Of a stretch of DNA of 64,000 bases, positions 48,067 to 60,092 are shown piece after piece (position 1 is the stretch's first letter; each line of letters opens with the position of its first letter). Below the pieces are notes generated by a model. The model was given only the letters and a program-made list of their open reading frames with translations, ran no database searches and had not been told where the DNA came from. The position numbers were made by a program, and so were the translations under genes. The stretch is from Monocercomonoides exilis PA203 (Eukaryota; Protista; Preaxostyla), in the NCBI GenBank assembly GCA_001643675.2, contig LSRY02000009.1, positions 930,001 through 994,000 on the forward strand, given 5' to 3'.

Positions 48067-51000
48067 AATTAAGAGAGAGAAAATAGATATCCAATTTCTT
48101 CTCTTCATATTTGAGAGACCACTGCTTATTCGGAGCTTAACTTCTACAACTCATTTGAGTTTCAGCCGTTCGTGTTTATTCTGAAATCTCATGTCTTCGC
48201 AACTGGGCATTTGTTCTTATTATAAATGTGTCTGATTCCTAATCTTTCTGCTCGCTTTTTTAAGGCTGTTTAAATCTGAATTATTCTTGATTTTCCTTAG
48301 AAAGCCGAACTGCTTTGATCTTTTCGTCTTTCACAGCGGATCTTTGTGATTCTCCCAACTTCTGTCTCTATTCTTTCCATTGATTCGCCTTCTGACTCAG
48401 TCTCTGAATATATTTGTTTGGTAACTTCTACATTCGTGTTCCATGATACTTCATTATTTGAGTGGCTTCCTTCTTTTTCCCTTGCATTCTCATTCATTGT
48501 TGCTCCAATAACGTTTGCCATTGTGTTTGATAATCGACTCTTAAAGTATTATTTAACAAACGTATTGGTCCTTGGTGAAAGATGAGCGAATTTTTCACTT
48601 TGTGCTGGTGGATATCAGCCATTGTTAACGACGATAAAGTTGCCGATTTGAGAGAATAAGGCGTGAATTTGTTCGGTATTCCTGCTTCCACCATTGCATC
48701 CTTCTCCAGCCTTCAAATCCCGGAAACGTTGAGGGGCTCAAATGTTTCTTCAAAGAAAAAAAAATAAGAAGTTCTTCTATTCATTATTTGAACAATTTCC
48801 CACAGCATCCTGATTGCTGAAGCTGGGCAAATGAAAGTGACTTCTGACAGAAAGGGAACTACGATCTCTGTTCTGGTATTTGATGTCTTTAAGGAGGTAT
48901 CCAAATATACACCATCCTCTGTTATTCTAGACTGGGACATGTCCACCCTTTCAAATTCAGTGAACCTGCAGGCCGAGAAAAGCATTGTGAGAGTCATAAC
49001 TTTCTGTGCAAGTGCTTTGAAAGAAAGATTGATATTGGATCCCAGTTCATTATAGTATTTTTGCAGTGTTTTTGGATTCCATAGCTCAGGCATTGTCTTC
49101 TTCCTTGCATTGTCTGTCCTTCTGAACGACCGAAAAAGAGTTCTTATTATTTTGATCTCTCCCAAGGCTGTGTTGAATGTGAGCGATGAGAAAAAGGAAA
49201 CCGCTGCTTTGATCATTTGAAGCACAGACATTTTAACCCATTTATTCTTAAAGGATAAAAACACGGCTGCACATTTTGCAGTCCACTCTGGTAGGTTGTC
49301 TGGCATTTCTGTGTGTCCGCATGATTTCCATCGTTCAGCAAAACGTGCAAAGCCGAAAAGGTATCCATCCCATGTGGATTATGCAAAGCCTTGTACGCAT
49401 TGCTCACCAAGCTCCTCTGAAATTTTCCGTTCCTGTTAGGCTTGTTTCCAAAACTGTAAACCTTTTCTTTTGAGGGATTCAGAAGAATTAGCCTGAGTTT
49501 CACAGGAGGAAAGCATGCTCCTGTCTTCTTCATTGATGGAACTTCTATCAGTTCCTGGAAATTGTAATTCAGTTCCCAACTGAAGAAGTTGCTGTCGCGC
49601 AAAAGAACTTCCCAGTTCTGACCTTTCCAGTTCGGCAGGAGTAGAACGACTCGAGCTCTCTCCGTCTGAGTTTTCCGTATCACCATCGGAATCAGCGGAA
49701 TTGGAGGATGAGCAAGAACACATTCCTGACACCATGGAACTTATTATCAGTCTTCGGATATGGGGCTTCCGATGACGCACCATCTTTTCAACTTGTGATT
49801 GTGATGAGCCGCGAACGCGTCGACTGTTGGTCTGACTTTGATGAGCGATATAACATTTTTGAAGGTTTTTTTTTATGGGATAGTCCCCTGCTCTTTCGAG
49901 TCGAGATAATGCGTCAGCTCAATTGTTCCGTGTACCTGGAAAATGTTGAGCTTTCATCTACACCTTCGTTGCTTCTTTCCATTTCCATGTCTTTCGGAGA
50001 ACTGGCCTGAGATTTTTCCAAGCATTCCACCGATTGATGTTGAAGGCAACAGAGCTGTTGTCCGACCTCAATTGAAGTTGAGATATTTTGTTTGTTCTGA
50101 TTATTTGTGAGAAATGGTGGAGTGCCAATAACACCGCCAACTGTTCCCTGTAATTTGAAGATTTGCTGCGAGCATATTTGTGGAACTTTGCATGCCAGTC
50201 CAGAATTCTGTTGTTGATTCGAAGTGTTGCTCCCATAGCTAGCTCCGAAGTATCCGTTGAAAGTGTTGCTTGGTGAAAAAATACTGTTTGAAATTGCCGA
50301 GGCTTGTTCAGGTTCAGAATCCATTTCTATTCCCGTCACTCCTTCAGAACAGAGGTATTCATCTTCATCATCCAGCTCCATCCTGATGTCCTCACATTCT
50401 TCTGGAACAGACGATGCAAAGCCACCATCCGAAGTGATGCGTCTTGTCTGACAAAGCGGACTGCATTTATCTTCCCGATTAGAGAAGCGAAATCTTTTAT
50501 ACGAACTTGTTTGACCATGACGCTCTTCTTTTCCCAGAGACAGAGGAGAGCTGCAAGAGAAAAAGCTTTGTCTTTTTCCAATCTCGCTGTGAACTCCTCT
50601 GTATCACAGTCGAATCCCAAATAGGTAGATTTCTTTGTTGTTGATTCCAACTGGCATTTGTCCTTGTGAACCATTAACCCCAAGCTTTCCAAGAGCAACA
50701 ACACTTCACTCTTTATTATTTCCAAATACTCTCTGTTCCGCTGGAGTATTATCATATCGTCGAGATATGCAATGACTCTCACGTTCCATTTTTCCTTTAT
50801 GGCTCTTGTTTCCTTCCTCATAATCTTTGTGAAGATCCTTGGTGCATCCATAAATCCAAATGGCATTCCTACGAATGAATAATCTGTTCCTTCGAACGTG
50901 AAACTGAGATACGGTTTAAAATCTGGTGAGACGGGGATGAGGCAATAGGCTTGAGCCAGATCCAACGTTATTGCATAATCGCCATTCTGAATGAAGTGTT

Positions 51001-51928
51001 CCACAGCTCTCTCGCTTTCGCAATTGAAGTGAAATCTCTTCATTGCTGTATTAAGTGGATGGCAATCTATGATCTGTCACCAGGCTCCTGTCTTTTTTTT
51101 GACCAAAAAAACATTGTTTTTGAATTTGACCTGATTTCAAAGCTTAATCTGATAATACCTGTACCCTGTTGCTCCTTTAGCTCATCTCTGAAAGCTCTCC
51201 GCTGTTCTTCGCTCATTCGCTTTGCTCCATCTTCCAAGATCTTTTTTCCAATCTTTCTTTTGCTCTTTTATTCTTCCAGCATGCATTCGCTCCAAGTCTG
51301 ATAAGTTTTCTTCCATTTATCTTGTCCCATTCCTGGAAAAACAATGTAGTTCTGCCTCTAATTATTTTTTGAGTACTTGTTTGCATTTCATGTTTCCCTC
51401 GGAACACCCTGAAAGTTCCCTGCTCCAAGCTTCTGTTGACTTTCTTTGGGAGTTTCGATAAGGGGGTTGACTTCGAGGCGTCCGGGGCCAACTTCCAAAA
51501 AACCGCCTTCAACTGAAGCCCTTTGCCTGCGTTGTTCTGTATGATGATCTTCCGACATTATCTGTTCTCTTTCGAAAATTATCCCCTCTGTGGAATTTTG
51601 AATTTGCTTCTGTTCAACACGAACCTCCTCCAAAATGTCTTGTTGCCTCTTTATTAATAAGCATCACGTCGTATCTGCCACCATCTTTCAAGCGGCTGAA
51701 AACCCATATCTGCCTCGGATCCGAGCTCTTCTGGCTTTTTGAATTATCTGAGTCACTAGTCACAAAGCATCTTTTATCATCTCGTAAGCTAAATCAGGTT
51801 TCATCTTTATGTTCTGAATAAATAATAACAATGCTTTGTAAGCTGGAAATAAATACCTTTAACCTGCTTACCAGCCTTGTCCCATGCTTTGTGATTCCAT
51901 AACTGTGACCTAACTGCTACCGGTGGGC
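48067..51928 (-). mobile_element. Degenerate DIRS copy 2 (gag 3' part, pol, YR, 3' terminus) with stops and frameshifts
   Basis: IAYLDDM, MPFGFMDAPRIFT, RSDNSSV, AHPPIPLIPM, LFSACRFTEFERV, FTPYSLKSA; 48067-48120 resembles the terminal repeat of the intact copy. Confidence 0.9.
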
Positions 51929-52279
51929 AGAGATATGGAATATCTGCTATAAATTTATTTTGATTAAGATCTATCAATATTATCGATATATGTGCATCTG
52001 GTGGTTGTTATCATCTGGTATAATAAGTTGGAATAGGTAATGATAATCAGATAGAGGTCATGAGGAGATTGCTGATATTCTTAGGGGTTATCATGATTAG
52101 ATATTCAGTGATGTTCAATAAAGAAGGAGTTATTGATAGGTGTAATCGAGATACATCAATAGCCGATATACCATATCTCCAAGGAGGAAAATTGGCTATC
52201 AGATTAACTGAAAATGTTCAAGTTGGTAAATTAATGGTAAAATTGTATGTTATCGTTGGTGAAATCGTTGACGAAAAAC

Positions 52280-52598
52280 ATGTGTTGAACATGTGTTGAA
52301 CATGCGTTGAACATGTGTTGAACATGCGTTGAACATGAGTTGAACATGAGTTGAACATGAGTTGAACATGAGTTGAACATGAGTTGAACATGAGTTGAAC
52401 ATGAGTTGAACATGAGTTGAACATGAGTTGAACATGAGTTGAACATGTGTTGAACATGTGTTGAACATGTGTTGAACATGTGTTGAACATGCGTTGAACA
52501 TGTGTTGAACATGCGTTGAACATGAGTTGAACATGAGTTGAACATGAGTTGAACATGAGTTGAACATGTGTTGAACATGTGTTGAACATGTGTTGAAC
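52280..52598 (+). repeat. 11-bp minisatellite ATG(T/C/A)GTTGAAC x29 in left TIR
   Basis: Counted directly: 319 bp = 29 units. Confidence 0.95.
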
Positions 52599-52689
52599 CT
52601 GTTAGTGTTATCGTTTGCGTTATCGTTGGTGTTATCGTTGGTGAAATCGAAAATTAAAATAATTGATTTTATTTTTTGGTTTTCAGTAA

Positions 52690-52902
52690 ATGGGTCAGAA
52701 GAAGATATGCGTAACTGTGAAAGAAGCTAAAGCGGCTCAACAGAAACAAATTTAACAGTTTCAGGAAAAACGTATGGAAGAAACAAAGTATTTCAACGAA
52801 CATGTGTCTGAGAAACAGAAGAAGTTGATTAAGATTTTGATAAGAAAGCTTATCGAAAGTGAAGAGTTGTTTGATGAGATAATGGAGAAAATTATTGTTT
52901 GA
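52690..52902 (+). pseudogene. Small basic/helical ORF inside the TIR (70 codons, internal TAA), mirrored in the right TIR
   Basis: MGQKKICVTVKEAKAAQQKQI*QFQEKRMEETKYFNEHVSEKQKKLIKILIRKLIESEELFDEIMEKIIV*. Confidence 0.45.
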
Positions 52903-53244
52903 GTTGAATGCGTTAATAATTGCTTGCAATAGTTAACTATTTCACATGCACCGGGAAGACTGTGTAGATAATAAGGATCCTGTGTCATGGAAATGTTGAG
53001 AAAAAATCCTTGTACTGGAAGCGAAGTTTGGTAGACCGAGAAGGTTGTCAATTTTTATTCCATTTGAAAACACCTTTCAACATGCCATTTCTGCCATATG
53101 AGTGTTTTTCCATAAATTTGTGAGGTCATAAAGAGGTTTTTTGTTTTTCAATGAGTGCTATCATCTTGCCACATTGCCACATAAAATCGTTGATGTTATG
53201 TTACAAGTGGCACACACTTTTGTATCGTTTGCGTATTAATGATT

Positions 53245-56174
53245 TTCAAAAAAACGAAAATGTTTTGTTAATTTTTTCTGAACAGTTCATTTCATCTTCA
53301 TCTTCTCGTCGTTTGAGGAGTTGTTCATACTCTGGTTTGAGTTTTTTAACACAACACTTGATTTCCTCTTCCACCTACTTGAATTCTCTCACATCTGTCT
53401 TTGATTGCTTGATGGAAAGAGCAATCGTTCTTGTATTCAACAGGTCTGAAACATAGTGCTTCAGAACATCCACACACTTCTTTGAGCCTATTGTGATGCT
53501 CCTGACAGAACACATCGATGACAGAGAGTGATGCAGCAATGATATCTTTCTTTGCCTCAGTTGTTGGAATAGCCCTTGTGTTGAATTCAGAAAGATCTTT
53601 GCTGAGGAAATAACAGAGAAGTTGTTCATTGAATTCATTATCGAAAGAGCTCGTGAAATCCTTGAAGAATGTGAGATTGTTCTTATATTTTGAGTTTCAA
53701 TTACAAACAGCATATCTCCTGTCACCAATCTCAACCTTGACTGGATATGTGTGATTTGTTACAAATATGAAATTAGCAACGTTCTCAGCCGTTTTTCTTG
53801 GCTGATTCTTCTCATAGATTCTGATTGTTGAATTTGTGATTATACTCTTCAATGCGTCAAAGATAGCTGTTCGATCATCTCCAACATTCTTCAATTCGTT
53901 GAGTACAATGAGCAGTTTCCCTTTGACGATGGAGTTGAACTATCCTGTCAGTTCTGCAATCTCTGTGACATTTGGACATGAATATCCCACCAACAGTTCA
54001 GCAAGCACATTTCTCCAGACATTCTTTCCTAAACCTTGCAAACCTTTGAGAACAAGTGATGTTTCTGCTTTTTTACCAGGATTATGAACAATTGAAGCAA
54101 TCCAACAGAGGATGCATCGATAGAGTTCTTCGTTATTGTTGGCGATAACCTCTCGTGTGAAATCCAAAATGGTTTGACGATTTCATCATTTTGTTCGTTT
54201 GCCATTTGGTATTTGAACCCATGGAGTAGGGAGAATATTTGAGAGTTATCTGAGAAGAACTTCATCTTATCGATCGATAGAACGTGTGAGTATTGTTCGA
54301 AAGCTGTCTCAAATGTAAGAGTCTTTTTATCATCATGCCAGAGTTTTATTGTTTTGGACAGTTCGTTCATTGCTGATTTTGTCTTGAATGTTATCGAATA
54401 ACAAGAGGAGTGAATGTCACACTCTTTCACAATGAATTCCATCCTTGCTTCAACAAATCTAATAACTTTTGGAAGATCTTCAGTGATTTCTAACAGTGAA
54501 GAGTATTGTTTTCGACGAGCTTTATCACTGATTTCAGAGAACGAGAACTATGAGTTGAGATCTATTTCATGAACAGTAATCGATTGTGGAGGTTCTTCCG
54601 TTAGCTCATTCTCTTTTCTGAGGAGTGGAATGATCACATCGTTGTAATATGTTGGATTCCATCTCTTGACAATCTTTTGCAGAACAAATGGATGTGACTT
54701 GTTGTCTCTGTTCCTGTTTCGTTTCTCTTCATAGTGAGTGATTGCATTTGATGTTAGAGCATCTATCTCTTTGATTTGAGAAAACCTGAATGACGTGCTG
54801 ACTTTTGACGTGAAATTTTCGAATTCTGACGGACTTGGAAATTCCATCACGTCACTGAAATATTTTCTCTAATTCTCTCATTGTCTTTTGAAAGTGTTAA
54901 TATTATTTTTATTCTAATAATATATCCTTTAAAATAATTAATAAATAATATCTTTGTATTTTGTTTTAATTTTTGATCACACAAATAACTTGTATTTCAC
55001 TGACGTATTAGTCATTTGAGGAATTTAAAATGTCATTGAAGGTCACTGGCGTCAGCTTCATTCAATAAGCAAATGGAAATACTGTCGAAAGGTTTTCAAA
55101 GTGAATTGCCTGACGAGTTGGTTTCGAGCCTCAATAACCCTCTAATTGTTTGCTTTTCAAAAAATGCATTTGATAAAATATATTATTTTGTATTTGTTTT
55201 TTTGCAAAAATAATTATGAAACAAAAAAATTAAAAAATTTGAAAATGCATTAATATATGATAAAATAATATTTTTTTAAATGAATGTTTTTTTTAGAAAT
55301 TTTTTGCATTGGACTCCAAAAAACAAACGAATTTGAAATTTAAAAATACTGACGTGAAAAAACTCCAGTGACGTTCGTGAAGTGAAAATCTTCTTCACAT
55401 CACTCAGGTTTTGATTTGAGTGAAAAGAAAATATATTGATTGGTTATCAAAACCGTTAATGACGACAAGAGAATTGAGAGCTGCAAATAACGGTAAATAA
55501 GTTAACTCAGAATCAAGTGACAAAGAACCTGTGTTGTTTTGTATTTCAACATCTTTGAGTCCATCAACAAGAGCAAGAGCGACAGTTGGAGACATATCAG
55601 CGACACCATCTTGTGTGAGAAGATTGTGTGGTTCAGCTGCCATTGTCGCTGATGTATTCTCTGTTTTGAGGTCAATTCCGAAGATATCAAGATCATTCTC
55701 GAGTGATGAAAGATCTGTGAGCTCTCTGTAATTGTTGAGGGGAATGTTCATAATGATGATTCTCCTGAGATCTTTCATCCTTCTGCGTGAAAAATCAGCT
55801 TGAACAACAAGCCTTTGTTTCTAATCTTCAATACCTGTGAAAATGTCGATATCGAACTCTGGACTCGTGAACACTTTGGTTTGTGATGAACATTTGAGGG
55901 GATAACCACACAGCTCACAATAAATGTGAAGACCACCATGAGCTGTTTGTACAAGTCCGACATTTTGGGGGAGTTTCTCGAGAATGGAATTCCTGATGGT
56001 TTTCGTTTGTTCAGCTTGAAGGGATTTGTTGATTTCAACATCAACTATACAGAGATTCTCACATTTGCTGATATGGATGTCTGTTCCTGAATATCGTTGA
56101 CTTTGCTTCTTGTCAGAGTATTTCTTGCGGTCGAACAAATCATCGAGGTGAACTTTCATTCGTTCTCCAAGCAT
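53245..56174 (-). pseudogene. AEP-family Prim-Pol fused to SF3/D5-like helicase, disrupted by stops, frameshifts and a MITE
   Basis: CIVDVEIN and VQTAHGGLHIYC (Prim-Pol motifs); LVLKGLQGLGKN (Walker A), LIVLNEL (Walker B), FIFVTNH and DRRYAV (motif C / Arg finger). Confidence 0.85.
54781..55412. mobile_element. 632-bp MITE with 17-bp imperfect TIRs and 8-bp TSD GATTTGAG (hAT- or Mutator-like)
   Basis: gatttgag|aaaacctgaatgacgtg ... cacatcactcaggtttt|gatttgag; removal restores the frame FLFTQIK-EIDAL. Confidence 0.88.
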
Positions 56175-56886
56175 TTGCTATTATGTTGAAATTGAATCAA
56201 TAAATTGTTGGATTACGTTGTCAGAGTCTGTTTGGGGGGTTTGTCATTCAATAATAATTAAAAACAAATATTTTTTGAAACAAATTTTCTATTGAAACGT
56301 GAATTTACAAATAAGATGATGTTGGGGTTAATGTCAAAATTATCCGATAACAGAATATTTTCACTTTAAATGAATTTTGCTCAATTTGCTCTGTTTGCCC
56401 ATTTGCCTATATGATTTCTAGAATAAAATTGACACTGTCCACTCGGTCCACCCAGTCCAGGTGCAAAAGCTCGGAGATAAAAATCAATATTACCATGCCA
56501 CAGGATCCTAATTATCTACCCAGTCAACACGGCCCAGGCAAACAACCATTAACTCATTCAACCAAAAATAAACGCATTCAACTCAAACAATAATTTTCTC
56601 CATTATCTCATCAAACAACTCTTCACTTTCGATAAGCTTTCTTATCAAAATCTTAATCAACTTCTTCTGTTTCTCAGACACATGTTCGTTGAAATACTTT
56701 GTTTCTTCCATACGTTTTTCCTGAAACTGTTAAATTTGTTTCTGTTGAGCCGCTTTAGCTTCTTTCACAGTTACGCATATCTTCTTCTGACCCATTTACT
56801 GAAAACCAAAAAATAAAATCAATTATTTTAATTTTCGATTTCACCAACGATAACACCAACGATAACGCAAACGATAACACTAACAG

Positions 56887-57018
56887 GTTCAACACATGTT
56901 CAACACATGTTCAACACATGTTCAACTCATGTTCAACTCATGTTCAACTCATGTTCAACTCATGTTCAACGCATGTTCAACACATGTTCAACGCATGTTC
57001 AACACATGTTCAACACAT
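56887..57018 (-). repeat. 11-bp minisatellite x12 in right TIR
   Basis: GTTCAAC(A/T/G)CAT units counted directly. Confidence 0.95.
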
Positions 57019-57369
57019 GTTTTTCGTCAACGATTTCACCAACGATAACATACAATTTTGCCATTAATTTACCAACTTGAACATTTTCAGTTAATCTGAT
57101 AGCCAATTTTCCTCCTTGGAGATATGGTATATCGGCTATTGATGTATCTCGATTACACCTATCAATAACTCCTTCTTTATTGAACATCACTGAATATCTA
57201 ATCATGATAACCCCTAAGAATATCAGCAATCTCCTCATGACCTCTATCTGATTATCATTACCTATTCCAACTTATTATACCAGATGATAACAACCACCAG
57301 ATGCACATATATCGATAATATTGATAGATCTTAATCAAAATAAATTTATAGCAGATATTCCATATCTCT

Positions 57370-58378
57370 TCCGATGATCCCCTCTGTTTTTTCTGCTGAG
57401 AGGCTTTCCTCCCAATAGAGCGGCATCTGAACCTGCTCGTTCTCTTGTTTTGTCTTCGATTCGGATTAAGCTAACGACTATCCAAATGTTGGGTCAGATA
57501 TTCTTCTCTTCCAGTGGAAACAGCCTTCTCTGCAAATATCTCCTAATCGAACGATCTTTTATTCTGCTCCTTAATTGCGGATATTGGTTGTGTTCGTTTC
57601 ATTATTTCCTTTTATTTATCTGAAATTAATGGATCATCCATATTTTCTCTTCAGACATTTACCGATACCAAACCCTGACGTTCTTTAATTCTCTTTATTC
57701 AACATTCCAATAATGATACCGTTGAAAGAGAAAGCGCATAATTAATTGGAATCCTCGCGTCTTCGCGTGCTGAGTCTCTCGTAAATAAAAACGCATTAAT
57801 GGAAGGGTAGAGCTTTTTTTCAATTTGCTCCCCTGCTTTGTCCAGGGCATCTGATGCCCACTTGAATGAAAATTCGATCTTTCGAATTGAAGAAGTGTTG
57901 AACGGAGTTGGGGTTATAAAGAAATTGTATTCAATTATTTCTGCGACATCTCTTTAGTCGATCGGAATGTTAAAAATAATGTGAGATAAAACGCTGCCAA
58001 AGAAATCTGCAGCCTCTCTTTCTAGGATTTCTTGTATTCTATCTCCTTGTTCACTTTCACTTTCTTCACCTTGTGACTGTGAAGAAGACTGTTAGATGGA
58101 GGCAAACGTTTCCGGCTGAGTGTTTTGTGAAGAAAAACTCGGAAGATGAAGTTTGTTTTCTTGGGACGTTGCAGAAGCACTGGAGGGGGACGAAAATATT
58201 GCCCCATCGCTCGTTGGCCCGGAGGACAGAATTCCAGGCATAGCTCCCGAATCGAGTCTAATTGTGCTTCGCGGGATCATTAAATAAAAACACTTTTGAA
58301 CGACTAGCCCGGTCAGTACAAGGGTTTTCTCCCAAAACAAGAGGTGTCGTCGATTAACAGGTCGTTCTTTTGAATTAA
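57370..58378 (-). mobile_element. Degenerate DIRS copy 3 (5' end and gag, truncated at the start of pol)
   Basis: Minus strand reads KWASDALDKAGEQIE (cf. WIKDALDQAGYKVE in the intact gag) and ends EGIIG (cf. RHIGGR at the pol start); 58.33-58.38 kb resembles the left ITR. Confidence 0.65.
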
Positions 58379-58945
58379 TAGGCTAGCGCCATATAGGGTT
58401 TCATAAAAAAAATTTCGACTTGTGTTCTCAAAATTTTTTCTTAAAGGGTTGCTTTTAAAAAAAATGAAAGAAATGATCGTGAAAATAAATGGGTCATTCT
58501 TTTTGAAAAGTCGCTACGGATCAAAAATTAATCCCATGAAAGTTAATAAAAATCACTCCGTTACCATAATACAAATTAAAACATTAAACTTTCACAGTGA
58601 TGTTTGAAGGCTCATAACAAACTTCTTTGTGAAAAGATATAAACTTTTTTTAAAAATTATGTATCAAATTTTTAGATAAAAATTTAATATCATTTTTTCA
58701 ATGAAATAGAGTTTCACTTGATTGAAACACTTTGCAATTGTTTATTAATGAAATGAACAAGGTGTGTTTCGATTTTATTTCAACAAAAAATTGAGACTCG
58801 TTAATAAATAAAATCCTTATTTGATTGAAAATTTGCATTGCACAGAATGTGCCTGGAATTTTAATAAATGCGTAGATTACTCCCACGAGCTTGATAAAGA
58901 TGAAAAACACACATATCAAAAGGTTTTCATTCAGCTTTTATTTAA

Positions 58946-59800
58946 ATGTTTTATTTTATAATTCTAATAGAATTATTCATTTTTTTAGCTTGGCAAATTT
59001 GCAGTACTAACAGAGAGTCTGACATGAAAGAAATGGCGATCTGGGGAGTCACAACAGAATTGTTTGTTGGGGAAGAAGAACTTCTGCTGATGGTGATGAA
59101 ATATCAGAGCGAGACGATATTTGTTTCTTCAGCCACAGGCAACCACGGAGTCAGCAAGCAATGCGGAGAATTTGAAGAACCATGTCAGTCAATGGATGTT
59201 GGATTGCAACACATCATTCCTTCATCATATTCTCAACTGCTAGTCTCAAAGGAGACGATCATCAATGGAGAATGCGAAGCGAAGGATGTGACCATCCGTT
59301 CATTGCAATCTAACTCAGCCGCATTGGTGTGTCTGAACTCAACAATAACAAACGAGGGAAATCTTATCATAATTTCAGATAAAGTTCGGATTGAAAGTGT
59401 GAAATTCAATTTTGGTCAGTTATTTTTGTATTCAGACAGTTCAATTATTCATGAAACAAATTGCCAATTATCTCTTTCATTTGTTGATTTTTCTTCTGTT
59501 GGCCAATCAGAAAGCATTGAATCTATTGTTCTCAATTCAACATTGTTGAGCATCAAAAATGGAATTCTTCATGTTGACAACTGCTCAATATCAATACTTT
59601 CATTCCAGAAGCCTTCATTTTTGTTAAATGGTGATGAGATAAATATTTCAAATATGAAACTGGAGCAAATTGAATCAATAACAAATGCATTTGAGATTTG
59701 ACAATGTGGAAGTGTTCCATTCAATGAAATTGATGCTAACGCTTGTGAAGCTGTCTGATTGCTGTATCATTTCCGTGAACGAAAAAACTTCAGGAGCAAC
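58946..59800 (+). pseudogene. Internal fragment of a giant beta-helix-like surface protein gene
   Basis: TIFVSSATGNHGVSKQCGEFEEPCQSMDVGLQHII followed by beta-strand repeats; premature TGA at 59699-59701, no TM anchor. Confidence 0.55.
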
Positions 59801-59868
59801 CTCTTTTGTTGATTCATCATTCAACAACTGTTCGAGGTATTCGTGAGGAGCTTCTGTTCTTAAATTGT

Positions 59869-60092
59869 CTCTCCCTCCTCTTCCTCCTCTCCCTCCTCTT
59901 CCTCCTTTTCCTCCTTTTCCTCCTCTCCCTCCTCTCCCTCCTCTTCCTCCTCTTCCTCCTCTTCCTCTTCCTCTTCCTCTTCCTCTTCCTCTTCTTCTTC
60001 TTCTTCTTCCTCTTCTTTTTCCTCTTCTTCTTCCTCTTCCTCTTCCTCTTCCTCTTCCTCTTCCTCTTCTCCTTCCTCTTCTCCTTCTCCTT
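59869..60092. repeat. CT-rich low-complexity tract
   Basis: (CCTCTT)n-type repeats. Confidence 0.9.

Larger units (their letters stand above)
51929..57369. mobile_element. 5.4-kb element with long TIRs (AGAGA...TCTCT) carrying a disrupted Prim-Pol/SF3 helicase gene
   Basis: 51929-52914 matches the reverse complement of 56571-57369 apart from minisatellite copy number and one noticed SNP; internal primase and helicase motifs. Confidence 0.88.

Noticed and set aside
52280-52598. CRISPR-like array or repeat-protein ORFs (MFNTCSTHVQ...)
   Set aside because: Contiguous 11-bp units with no spacers; the ORFs in several frames are a by-product of a stop-free repeat.
52753-54550. TAA/TAG read as Gln (alternative genetic code known in some oxymonads) to explain in-frame stops
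   Set aside because: Intact genes here end in TAA (4003-4005, 45748-45750), long ORFs lack internal TAR, and the helicase also has an in-frame TGA and frameshifts, so ordinary decay explains the stops.
51929-57369. Calling the element a bona fide Polinton/Maverick
   Set aside because: No pPolB, integrase, ATPase, protease or capsid remnants were recognised, and there is no 6-bp TSD.
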